IMG/VR virus record: IMGVR_UViG_3300046779_000230
Location: 87,562 to 126,495 of that record
Length of the DNA: 38,934 bases
Origin: a virus
Taxonomy: Duplodnaviria > Heunggongvirae > Uroviricota > Caudoviricetes
Reading direction: 5' to 3' (one strand)
How positions within the stretch are numbered: position 1 is the stretch's first letter; the number at the start of each line of letters is the position of its first letter. Position numbers and translations under genes: made by a program. The notes beneath the pieces were generated by a model that had not been told where the DNA came from, did not search any database, and saw nothing but the letters and a program-made list of their open reading frames with translations. Positions 28,049 through 34,866 of this stretch are shown here, piece after piece.

Positions 28049-28740
28049 ACTACGAAACCAGTTGTGTCTTTTTTAGCTTTACCCTTGGCTTTGAGACCAA
28101 CAACCACACCCTTAGGGTCAAGGAATCGCAAGTCGGTTTCATCACCATCGATAACTGTACGTCCGATGTAAGTATCTGGCACTTCTTTGAAGACAACAGC
28201 CACATTCATACCAGTCGATGCAACCAAACGAACATCCATGTCGTTTCCATCAGCCTTAGAGAATGTCAGGTGATAATTAGTCAGGTGTGATACCTTACGG
28301 TTGCGCACTTTGGTGTAGTCATAGAATTGCACTTCTGGGAACAACTGGAAAATGTTCTTGCCATCTGCAACTTCATATTTTTCCCAGCTTAGGTCAGATG
28401 TACCATTGAGACGAAACGCTGGAATCATGTCTTTTTTCTCAGCTTGCTTGATACCCAGTTTGATATCAGCAACCAAGTCTTTCATGAATTGATCGCGATT
28501 CTCGAAAAACATCTTGGTCTTGCGAATACGGGCTTGTTGAATCACGTTAGTGTTTTCACCCTTCTTGAACATACCACCACGACCAGCAGTATTCAAGCAT
28601 GCAGCAGTACATCCAGCAGTGCGCTTGGGGCAAGTCTCGTAACCAGAAACATCGGCAGGAGACAAGTGGAGGACGAAAGACATATAACCTTTCTTTTGAC
28701 CCTTCAACAACTTTGGATTACCAGTGCTAAGCAATTTCAT
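28045..28740 (-). CDS. GP88-like Cys-rich phage protein
   Basis: TCPKRTAGCTAACL..GRG, RLNGTSDLSWE, FPEVQFYDYTK, NYHLTFS, IDGDETDLRFLDP..VVGLKAKG; family name recalled, not searched. Confidence 0.65.
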   Translation of the reverse strand: MKLLSTGNPKLLKGQKKGYMSFVLHLSPADVSGYETCPKRTAGCTAACLNTAGRGGMFKKGENTNVIQQARIRKTKMFFENRDQFMKDLVADIKLGIKQAEKKDMIPAFRLNGTSDLSWEKYEVADGKNIFQLFPEVQFYDYTKVRNRKVSHLTNYHLTFSKADGNDMDVRLVASTGMNVAVVFKEVPDTYIGRTVIDGDETDLRFLDPKGVVVGLKAKGKAKKDTTGFVV

Positions 28741-28769
28741 AACAAACCTTTCTCAATCACAATAGAGTT

Positions 28770-28798
28770 ATTATACAGCAAGATGCAATAAAAGACAA
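28770..28798 (-). promoter_or_regulatory. sigma70-type early promoter
   Basis: TTGTCT-N17-TATAAT followed by GAGAAAGG RBS and ATG at 28740. Confidence 0.8.
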
Positions 28799-28810
28799 CA
28801 ACTAAATGCG

Positions 28811-28837
28811 AAAGACCCCACACTCGGTAGGGTCTTT
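28811..28837 (-). terminator. Stem-loop immediately upstream of early promoter
   Basis: Minus strand AAAGACCCTAC-CGAGT-GTGGGGTCTTT, an 11-bp stem with one G-U pair. Confidence 0.6.
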
Positions 28838-28855
28838 AAAAGTAAACCTAAAGTA

Positions 28856-29080
28856 TTACTTTTTAGGGGTTTGGCTCTGGGAGATACTATACGATAAACA
28901 CACATTAGTAGTGCTATTATTATAAGCACATTTAACGGCTAATGGGTCAATACCCTTTGCAATGGCAGTTTCAATATTCTTCTCTAATGATTTTAGTTCT
29001 GCAATCTTATAATAACTAACAGAACCCATTAATGACAATAATGAAATAGTCAAACAAATAATAAAAATATTACGTTCCAT
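28856..29080 (-). CDS. Small membrane-anchored hypothetical protein (start MERNIF)
   Basis: N-terminal TM segment, then IAKGIDPLAVKCAY..C; ATG at 29080 avoids overlap with clpP. Confidence 0.6.
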   Translation of the reverse strand: MERNIFIICLTISLLSLMGSVSYYKIAELKSLEKNIETAIAKGIDPLAVKCAYNNSTTNVCLSYSISQSQTPKK

Positions 29081-29081
29081 A

Positions 29082-29639
29082 TTATGATAAATCTTTAACA
29101 TCATCACACAAACCAAGTTTCTTTGCTTCAGTTGGACTCAACCAAACATCTTGTGGTGGCAATAATACTTCGCGAATCTTGGCTTCAGTTAGACCAGTAC
29201 ATTTTTTATAATGAGCGATCATTTTCTTGGTAGTCAAGTCAAATTCTTTAACAGTGGCAAACAATTCGTGTTCTTTACCAATAGCACCCCAAGAGTATTG
29301 ATGAGAAAGAATAGAAGTATTTGGTGTCAACAGTCTCAACCCTTTATCGCCAGCAATAAAGATCATTAAACCAGCAGAAGCAATCTGACCTAAACCAATT
29401 GTGCGAACTGGAATGGCTGAACCACGCATAACATCAATTAAAGCAAATGCGGCATTTAAATCACCACCTGGACTTGTGATTAACAAGTTTAACATCTCTG
29501 GACGTTCTTCAGCAAAGTTTGCTTCGAAAATCCATTCAACTGCTTGCTTACAACTAGCTAGATTAACTTCTTCCATCATTAGGAAGAATGAGTGGCGAGA
29601 TGTTTCTTCTTTTAATTGTAAATTCATTTTGGACATCAT
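29082..29639 (-). CDS. clpP: ClpP-family serine protease
   Basis: LLITSPGG.L.AAFALIDVM, TIGLGQIASAG (catalytic Ser), LTPNTSILSHQ (His), D.WLSP.EAKKLGLCD.V. Confidence 0.9.
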   Translation of the reverse strand: MMSKMNLQLKEETSRHSFFLMMEEVNLASCKQAVEWIFEANFAEERPEMLNLLITSPGGDLNAAFALIDVMRGSAIPVRTIGLGQIASAGLMIFIAGDKGLRLLTPNTSILSHQYSWGAIGKEHELFATVKEFDLTTKKMIAHYKKCTGLTEAKIREVLLPPQDVWLSPTEAKKLGLCDDVKDLS

Positions 29640-30148
29640 ATGCGTTCTCTTTCTTTATAAAAAATATGTCTACCTATCTTAGTTGTCACTTCTAATCCTC
29701 TCCAACGGGGATTCACATAATCAGCATGATAGAACAGCGCTCCATGCGTAATGTCCTTTAACTTTTCATAGTTAGTATAAACGTATATAGCCATCTGTTT
29801 AGAAGAATCATAAACTTCTTCTTTGATGTTCTTTTTACGTTCACAGAACCAAGAGAACTGACACGTTGATTTTACCTTTTGTTTGACTACAGAACAAATA
29901 TCTTTTGGAAATCTAGGATCTTGTAATCTGTTTAATGTCACAAGAGCAACAGCCATCTTTCCTTCATGTGGTTCATGACCAGCTTCGAAATAAATGTTTT
30001 GTGCAAGACAATCAACTTGTTTTTGTGATTCTTGCGTTAATGAATTATAAGTTATTTCTATGATTTTTTCTCTAGGTGGATTAGAAGAAACCAAAGTCAA
30101 TAAACTCAACGCCGCGATGGCTAAAATAATAGTTACACGTAAGTGCAT
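29636..30148 (-). CDS. SleB-like cell-wall hydrolase (Hydrolase_2) with N-terminal signal/anchor
   Basis: CLAQNIYFEA..E..EGKMAVALVTLNRL..RFP..IC.VVKQ..CQFSW..GALFYHADYVNPRW..IGRHIFY; AAGGAG RBS. Confidence 0.9.
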   Translation of the reverse strand: MHLRVTIILAIAALSLLTLVSSNPPREKIIEITYNSLTQESQKQVDCLAQNIYFEAGHEPHEGKMAVALVTLNRLQDPRFPKDICSVVKQKVKSTCQFSWFCERKKNIKEEVYDSSKQMAIYVYTNYEKLKDITHGALFYHADYVNPRWRGLEVTTKIGRHIFYKERERI

Positions 30149-30167
30149 AATTATCTCCTTAATTAGT

Positions 30168-30189
30168 TAAAGGGTGTGTTTCCACACCC
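30168..30189 (-). terminator. Intrinsic terminator-like hairpin
   Basis: GGGTGTG-GAAA-CACACCC-TTT (GNRA tetraloop). Confidence 0.65.
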
Positions 30190-30236
30190 CGATCCCGTAT
30201 CAGGTGGACTTTTTGCTAGTCTGATTGATCAGTAGA

Positions 30237-30440
30237 TTATTTTGCTTCTGCCTTTTTCTTAGGCACTGGCTTGTTTGCTGATGGAGGTGCTTTATCGCAG
30301 TTTTTATCCTTCAACATATCACAATTCTTCTTAGCAGGGGCTTTCTGCTCTTTCTTGACAGGCTCTGGCTTTTTAGTCGGTTCTGCTGCCCAGCTAACTG
30401 ACATTGCCAATAGAAACGCTGTCGTGATAAGGTATTTCAT
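30237..30440 (-). CDS. Small secreted K/P-rich protein
   Basis: Signal peptide MKYLITTAFLLAMSVSWA, Cys pair NCDMLKDKNC; GAGG RBS. Confidence 0.7.
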   Translation of the reverse strand: MKYLITTAFLLAMSVSWAAEPTKKPEPVKKEQKAPAKKNCDMLKDKNCDKAPPSANKPVPKKKAEAK

Positions 30441-30453
30441 TTTATTCCTCTAT

Positions 30454-30479
30454 AAAAGAAAGGGTGGACAAGCCACCCT
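30454..30479 (-). terminator. Intrinsic terminator
   Basis: GGGTGG-CTTGT-CCACCC-TTTCTTTT after the beta-barrel gene. Confidence 0.75.
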
Positions 30480-30483
30480 GCTA

Positions 30484-31050
30484 TTAGAAAGAACGAGAGT
30501 ACTGAAGTGAAGTAGTCTTGTTCGCGCCATCGCCACGTTGAATATCGTGACCGATAGTTACTTTGTCCAACTTAGTCAAAGCATATGTCAAAGACATACG
30601 AGTTGCTTGGTTAGTGTCTTTTGCTAAATCATTAAAGCCATCGCGCCAGCGGTAACCAACTTTAGCAGAAAAACCTTCAACTGGTAGTTTGAAAGAAACT
30701 GCAGGTTCGACAGAGTAGTATGCATAATCTGGTTTACCAGATGCTTGCTTGGTACCAAGACCACCGCGAACAGAAGCTGTTACGCTAGAGGATACTGGAA
30801 GGCTATAAATCAATCCTGCTTCATAACGATTAGTGATAGTGTTTGCAACATCAGCAGTAGTAGCTGAGATACCCAAATCACCATCAATAGACTTTGTTAA
30901 CTTAGTCTGGACTTTCAATGCAGTAACATGCTTTTGTACTGCAGGAGAGTCATCATTTTGAACTGCATAATTAACGCTCATAGATGATTGAGCAGATGCA
31001 ACACCAGATACAAATAACAAAGCTGAGGCTAAAGCCATTTTCATTTTCAT
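30484..31050 (-). CDS. Putative outer-membrane beta-barrel protein
   Basis: Sec signal peptide (..VASA|QS), alternating amphipathic strands (RYEAGLIYSL, FSAKVGYRWR, RMSLTYAL), C-terminal ..LQYSRSF. Confidence 0.75.
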   Translation of the reverse strand: MKMKMALASALLFVSGVASAQSSMSVNYAVQNDDSPAVQKHVTALKVQTKLTKSIDGDLGISATTADVANTITNRYEAGLIYSLPVSSSVTASVRGGLGTKQASGKPDYAYYSVEPAVSFKLPVEGFSAKVGYRWRDGFNDLAKDTNQATRMSLTYALTKLDKVTIGHDIQRGDGANKTTSLQYSRSF

Positions 31051-31112
31051 AATTTCCCTTTAAAAATATTGTTGTTCATAATATTGGCACCCACTGTGGC
31101 AATACTTTAAAG

Positions 31113-31460
31113 TGGTTGGTTATTCTGTTACGAGGAAACCAACCGAAACCCTAAGCAGCGTTTAGGCTGCTAATGCGTAGACAGAGTCGTTTGCATTTAC
31201 TTAGTTTGCTTGATTTACGGTCATCGCCTACCGTGTTGCCGTCTCTACTATCTACCCCTGTCGAAACCAATGCATCCCCATCAATAAGAAACTGAAGATA
31301 AACCCAACGGTGTTCATCATGACGATAACCATTACATGCATGTAATGGTACACCATATTCGTTAGGTCTATTCAAATTCATAACAATTCCCTATTGGTGG
31401 AGATGGGCGGAGTCGAACCGCCGTCCAGAAGTCCTTCGCTTTGAAGGGATTACAACAATA
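31113..31460 (-). ncRNA. ssrA: Circularly permuted (two-piece) tmRNA
   Basis: Acceptor piece ~31460-31395 (GGACGGCGG-TTCGACT-CCGCC-CATCTCC-ACCA); coding piece from 31279 (GGGGATG..TTCGAC) with tag GCA AAC GAC TCT GTC TAC GCA TTA GCA GCC TAA = ANDSVYALAA at 31194-31162; the acceptor stem has the G3:U70 alanine determinant. Confidence 0.93.
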
Positions 31461-31466
31461 ACTTAT

Positions 31467-31495
31467 ATTATACTTCTATATTTATTGGAAGTCAA
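31467..31495 (-). promoter_or_regulatory. sigma70-type promoter of tmRNA
   Basis: TTGACT-N17-TATAAT; predicted start ~31460 at the 5' end of the acceptor piece. Confidence 0.85.
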
Positions 31496-31974
31496 ATGAT
31501 ACGTAATACGAGAACATATCTATCAGAATCAACTGAAGTGACAAAATGTGGAAATTGATATCCAGCTGGAGCGACAACCATTGTTCCTGTTTTTGGTTTG
31601 ATAACAAGCCCTTGTTCTGGATAAACTAACTCACCACCATTAAATTCATCATTCAAGAATACAATAGCAGACCTGTTCCAATTAGTTACTCGAATAACTT
31701 TACCATTCTCAATTATAGAATTATCACAATGTTTAACATTAGATGTGCCTCTAGGGTACCAAATTATAGGAGCGTTCTCTATCTTAAAATTAAATAAATT
31801 TGAAATTTTTGCAACTACTTCACTATCTTTAGCATTTCTTCTTTCTAAACCATTGTAATCATGGTAATCGAAAGCAGCGGTAGTGCTTGGTGTATCATTA
31901 AATCTAGCATCAACTATCATTTTCTGACACACTTCTTTAGATAGAAGATTCGGGACTAGAACTATCTGTTCCAT
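31492..31974 (-). CDS. 2OG-Fe(II) oxygenase (prolyl-hydroxylase-like)
   Basis: HCD..SAIVFLNDEFNGGEL..P..PHFV..V..DRYVL (HxD..H..R). Confidence 0.85.
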   Translation of the reverse strand: MEQIVLVPNLLSKEVCQKMIVDARFNDTPSTTAAFDYHDYNGLERRNAKDSEVVAKISNLFNFKIENAPIIWYPRGTSNVKHCDNSIIENGKVIRVTNWNRSAIVFLNDEFNGGELVYPEQGLVIKPKTGTMVVAPAGYQFPHFVTSVDSDRYVLVLRII

Positions 31975-31975
31975 T

Positions 31976-32629
31976 TTAAATGCCTCGTTTATTTTTAAAA
32001 TCTAATCTTAATTTCCTGAACGGACCAATCCAATTATCTCTTTTCTCAATAAACCATCTTGGGTCATCGTTTTCAACTGCCATCAAAATGGCAATACGAC
32101 CAATTGGGATTCCAGTTCTTTCTTCAAATGCAACTGCATATGCAGCACATTGCATAAAATAGTGATAGATGTCATCTCTGTCTTTTGGTTTACTAGCTGT
32201 CTTAAAGTCAATAACAGTTAGTTTACCTTGAAATTCTGCAATACAATCAACTGTTCCTGCGACTTGTAGAAAGTCTGAATACAGCGGTGTTTCCAAACAG
32301 TGAATGTTATCAATATCATCTAATAAAAACTTTATAGAGTTAAACATATCAAGGTCAAAAATATCAGCCTCGAACAAATTACCTCTTAGATAATCTTCGC
32401 AGTATTGATGAATTCTTGTTCCACGGGCTGAAGCCCTAGCAGAAACTCTATTTGCTTCTTCTTCACCAACTCTCATTCTCCATTTAGCAATACCTTCGGC
32501 TGTTGCTTGGCTAGTGATAGTTGTGACAGAGGGATACTTCTTTCCAGATGGAGTTAGATAAACTCTAGTACCATCTTCTGAAGTATCCCTCTGTAATTTC
32601 ACTAAATCATGATGTATAAAATTTTTCAT
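31976..32629 (-). CDS. PD-(D/E)XK exonuclease
   Basis: YPSVTTI, RGTRIH, LETPLYS, AGTVDCI, VIDFKT, YFMQCAAYA. Confidence 0.88.
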   Translation of the reverse strand: MKNFIHHDLVKLQRDTSEDGTRVYLTPSGKKYPSVTTITSQATAEGIAKWRMRVGEEEANRVSARASARGTRIHQYCEDYLRGNLFEADIFDLDMFNSIKFLLDDIDNIHCLETPLYSDFLQVAGTVDCIAEFQGKLTVIDFKTASKPKDRDDIYHYFMQCAAYAVAFEERTGIPIGRIAILMAVENDDPRWFIEKRDNWIGPFRKLRLDFKNKRGI

Positions 32630-33252
32630 TATGTCAGTAAGTGGATAGCCTCATTATAGTGCTTGATACGATCTTCAAGACCAATGTACCCACCATTTAT
32701 CTTTCTTGTCATTGTTTTAATATCACCAGCATCTGCTTCTTTGTTCAGTTTGTTTTTGTTCCAGAACCAAATAGCAGACATCAGCGCAAAGTCTTTGTCA
32801 TAAGTAACCCAATCTGGATTATTCACAACTTCTTCCCAATTGTCAAACATATCTTTGGCAAACTGAGTATAGTTTGCCTTGCCAGTTAACTGAATTGGTC
32901 CGCGACCACGATACTTATATCCATCACCAGATTCTTCGCTACCATTACCCATGCGATTGCAATAGATCTTGTTAGCGATTTTCTCTGGCTGGCGCTGGTA
33001 AGGCAACGCAGATTCTTCAGTTGGGAAATACTTTTTGAAGATGCCAGTTAGACCCTTCGCTGAGTAATTCAAGTTTTCTTCAAACACTGTCCAACCACCA
33101 GACTCATGTCCACATTGCGCTAAGAAAGCAGCAACACGTTGTGGAGTATTAATCTCGTAAGTTGGGAATACCTCATTCATTGAATCAACCCAACCTTGTG
33201 GATCAGTGTTTCGTGGGAATAGGTGACTAAATTGCTCTACTGTTAGTAGCAT
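32629..33252 (-). CDS. GH19 (chitinase-class) endolysin
   Basis: RVAAFLAQCGHESGG..EENLNYS, YRGRGPIQLTGKANY, SAIWFW, TRKINGG.IGLEDR. Confidence 0.93.
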   Translation of the reverse strand: MLLTVEQFSHLFPRNTDPQGWVDSMNEVFPTYEINTPQRVAAFLAQCGHESGGWTVFEENLNYSAKGLTGIFKKYFPTEESALPYQRQPEKIANKIYCNRMGNGSEESGDGYKYRGRGPIQLTGKANYTQFAKDMFDNWEEVVNNPDWVTYDKDFALMSAIWFWNKNKLNKEADAGDIKTMTRKINGGYIGLEDRIKHYNEAIHLLT

Positions 33253-34018
33253 TAGATTTTCCTTCGTAAAAGTCTTCGTATTTTAGTTTAGCCAAAATAT
33301 AGTCTTTCACGAGAGAAGATCTCACGATGTCGTTCACGTCAAATTCGATACGAGTAAAAGCACTCATGTGTTGAGCAATGTCAAAGAATTTTAAAATTCC
33401 AGTAACATCGTTCTTCTTTTTATTCAAATCAGTTTGTCTATAATCACCACACCATATAATTTTAGATCGATATCCGACACGAGTCATAACGGTGTCGATC
33501 TCTTCATAAGTCAAGTTCTGCATTTCATCAACAATGATGATAGCGTCATCAAAACTCATACCACGAATAAAGGACGTTGAGATAAAAGTTATATGTCCTT
33601 GTTCTTCGAGTCTGTCCCAAGCATCCTTGCGCCCAAATAATGTTTCGCAAATTTGACGATAAGGCTGCTCATAAATTTCCATCTTTTCGTTCACGTCACC
33701 TGGAAGATGACCAATCTCGCGAGACTGCACAGCAGAACGAACGACGATGATTTTATTGAATGGGTTTGATTTATCCAACACCTCTTCAATAGCTTTGTAT
33801 AGCGCACAGAAAGTTTTTCCTGTACCAGCAACTCCGTGGAGTGCTACGAAATAGTCCCCTCTTTTATAAGCATCAAAAAACTTTTTCTGATTTCCAGTCA
33901 ATGGATCAAAAGTTTTCAGATCATCCATTCTTAATCTTAAAGAATTATTAATTTGTTTGGGCTGCTTATCACTGTGTTCATTATCTAGACTTTTAGCAGC
34001 AAGGCGTTTTGTTGCCAT
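33227..34018 (-). CDS. phoH: PhoH-family ATPase
   Basis: GVAGTGKT, IGHLPG, SFIRGMSFDDAIIIVDEMQN, GDYRQTDL, DIVRS.LVK. Confidence 0.95.
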   Translation of the reverse strand: MATKRLAAKSLDNEHSDKQPKQINNSLRLRMDDLKTFDPLTGNQKKFFDAYKRGDYFVALHGVAGTGKTFCALYKAIEEVLDKSNPFNKIIVVRSAVQSREIGHLPGDVNEKMEIYEQPYRQICETLFGRKDAWDRLEEQGHITFISTSFIRGMSFDDAIIIVDEMQNLTYEEIDTVMTRVGYRSKIIWCGDYRQTDLNKKKNDVTGILKFFDIAQHMSAFTRIEFDVNDIVRSSLVKDYILAKLKYEDFYEGKSNATNSRAI

Positions 34019-34034
34019 GCAAGTCCTTTTGTAA

Positions 34035-34274
34035 TTAGATTTTAGTTGTTCGGTTTAAAATGCTTCCTGGGGTTTTTTGATGTATCTTTTGTAAGACCTC
34101 CTTGAATCCATTATCAGTTTTAAGCACAATACGATCTCCAGAAAAAGCTGGAGCACTAACGATGATTGATTCAATGTGTGGATTCTGCTGTAGATATTCC
34201 TCACGTTCTGCAATCTTCATAACCTTTTCAAATTGTTCACCCGTGTTATTATCGCGGAATGTGTATGTTGGCAT
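34035..34274 (-). CDS. FmdB-like small protein (Cys-less)
   Basis: MPTYTFRDNNTGEQFEK..M..EREEYL..NP..GFKEVLQKI; AAGGAG RBS and upstream CTAAATA. Confidence 0.7.
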   Translation of the reverse strand: MPTYTFRDNNTGEQFEKVMKIAEREEYLQQNPHIESIIVSAPAFSGDRIVLKTDNGFKEVLQKIHQKTPGSILNRTTKI

Positions 34275-34299
34275 AATTTCTCCTTACTCTGTATTTAGC

Positions 34300-34866
34300 T
34301 TATAAAGAAGGTGTGTCAACAAAAAGATTAATCCCAGAAATAAAAAAGTTCATAGAAAGTCTAGATGTTTCTACAGTAGAACCAAATCCACCTGCTGCTC
34401 CATGTAAATAATCACCACGATAGAAAATCATCGTATTATAAACATATGGTATAACAATTCTCTGGTTTTCTCTATACAAGATTGTCCCACATGCTAGCGG
34501 ATCTTCTGGCACAATATCATTCAAATAAACAACTGCAGCAAATAGTGTGCTGTCTTTATGTAAACCAGAATCACCTACTAACATATCATCTGTGTCATAG
34601 AGAGAATGAAATAATGGATATCCAGTATATGAAACCCTCACATCAGCTTCTTTTCTAATATTTACCATAGTAGCTAGGATAAATTCATCAGTTATTGACT
34701 TGAACTCTTCTCCCAATGGATCAGTTCTTCTCCCTGGAAAACGCATGTTACGTTTCACAAATTCAGGCTCTGCTGTATAAGAATGATATGCTTGTTTGAT
34801 CGCAATATCGTAAATTGCCTTAGGGTCTTTAAAACAATTCGGTACTATTAGAAAATCTGTTAACAT
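34300..34866 (-). CDS. 2OG-Fe(II) oxygenase-like protein (DUF6445-like)
   Basis: FPGRRT, HKDS..AAVVYLN, GTILY, YNTMIFYRGDYLHGA, RL. Confidence 0.7.
   Translation of the reverse strand: MLTDFLIVPNCFKDPKAIYDIAIKQAYHSYTAEPEFVKRNMRFPGRRTDPLGEEFKSITDEFILATMVNIRKEADVRVSYTGYPLFHSLYDTDDMLVGDSGLHKDSTLFAAVVYLNDIVPEDPLACGTILYRENQRIVIPYVYNTMIFYRGDYLHGAAGGFGSTVETSRLSMNFFISGINLFVDTPSL

Noticed and set aside
27766-28290. 174-aa plus-strand ORF and the other antisense or alternate-frame ORFs in the track (e.g. 1984-2382, 15246-15590, 23673-24056, 25494-25865, 37553-38029)
   Set aside because: They are shadows of well-supported genes, with no RBS/promoter support or recognisable motifs.
31151-31381. 76-aa ORF as an ordinary hypothetical gene
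   Set aside because: It overlaps the tmRNA coding piece and its SD is sequestered; not listed as a CDS and kept only as a caveat in a finding.
31395-31430. Isolated tRNA 3' half or attP-like tRNA fragment
   Set aside because: Its acceptor strand pairs perfectly with GGGGATG 115 nt downstream, and a tag ORF follows; it is the acceptor piece of a permuted tmRNA.
31976-32629. Cas4-like nuclease suggesting a CRISPR system
   Set aside because: No Fe-S cysteine set, no other cas genes and no repeat-spacer array anywhere in the window; it is a common T4-like exonuclease.
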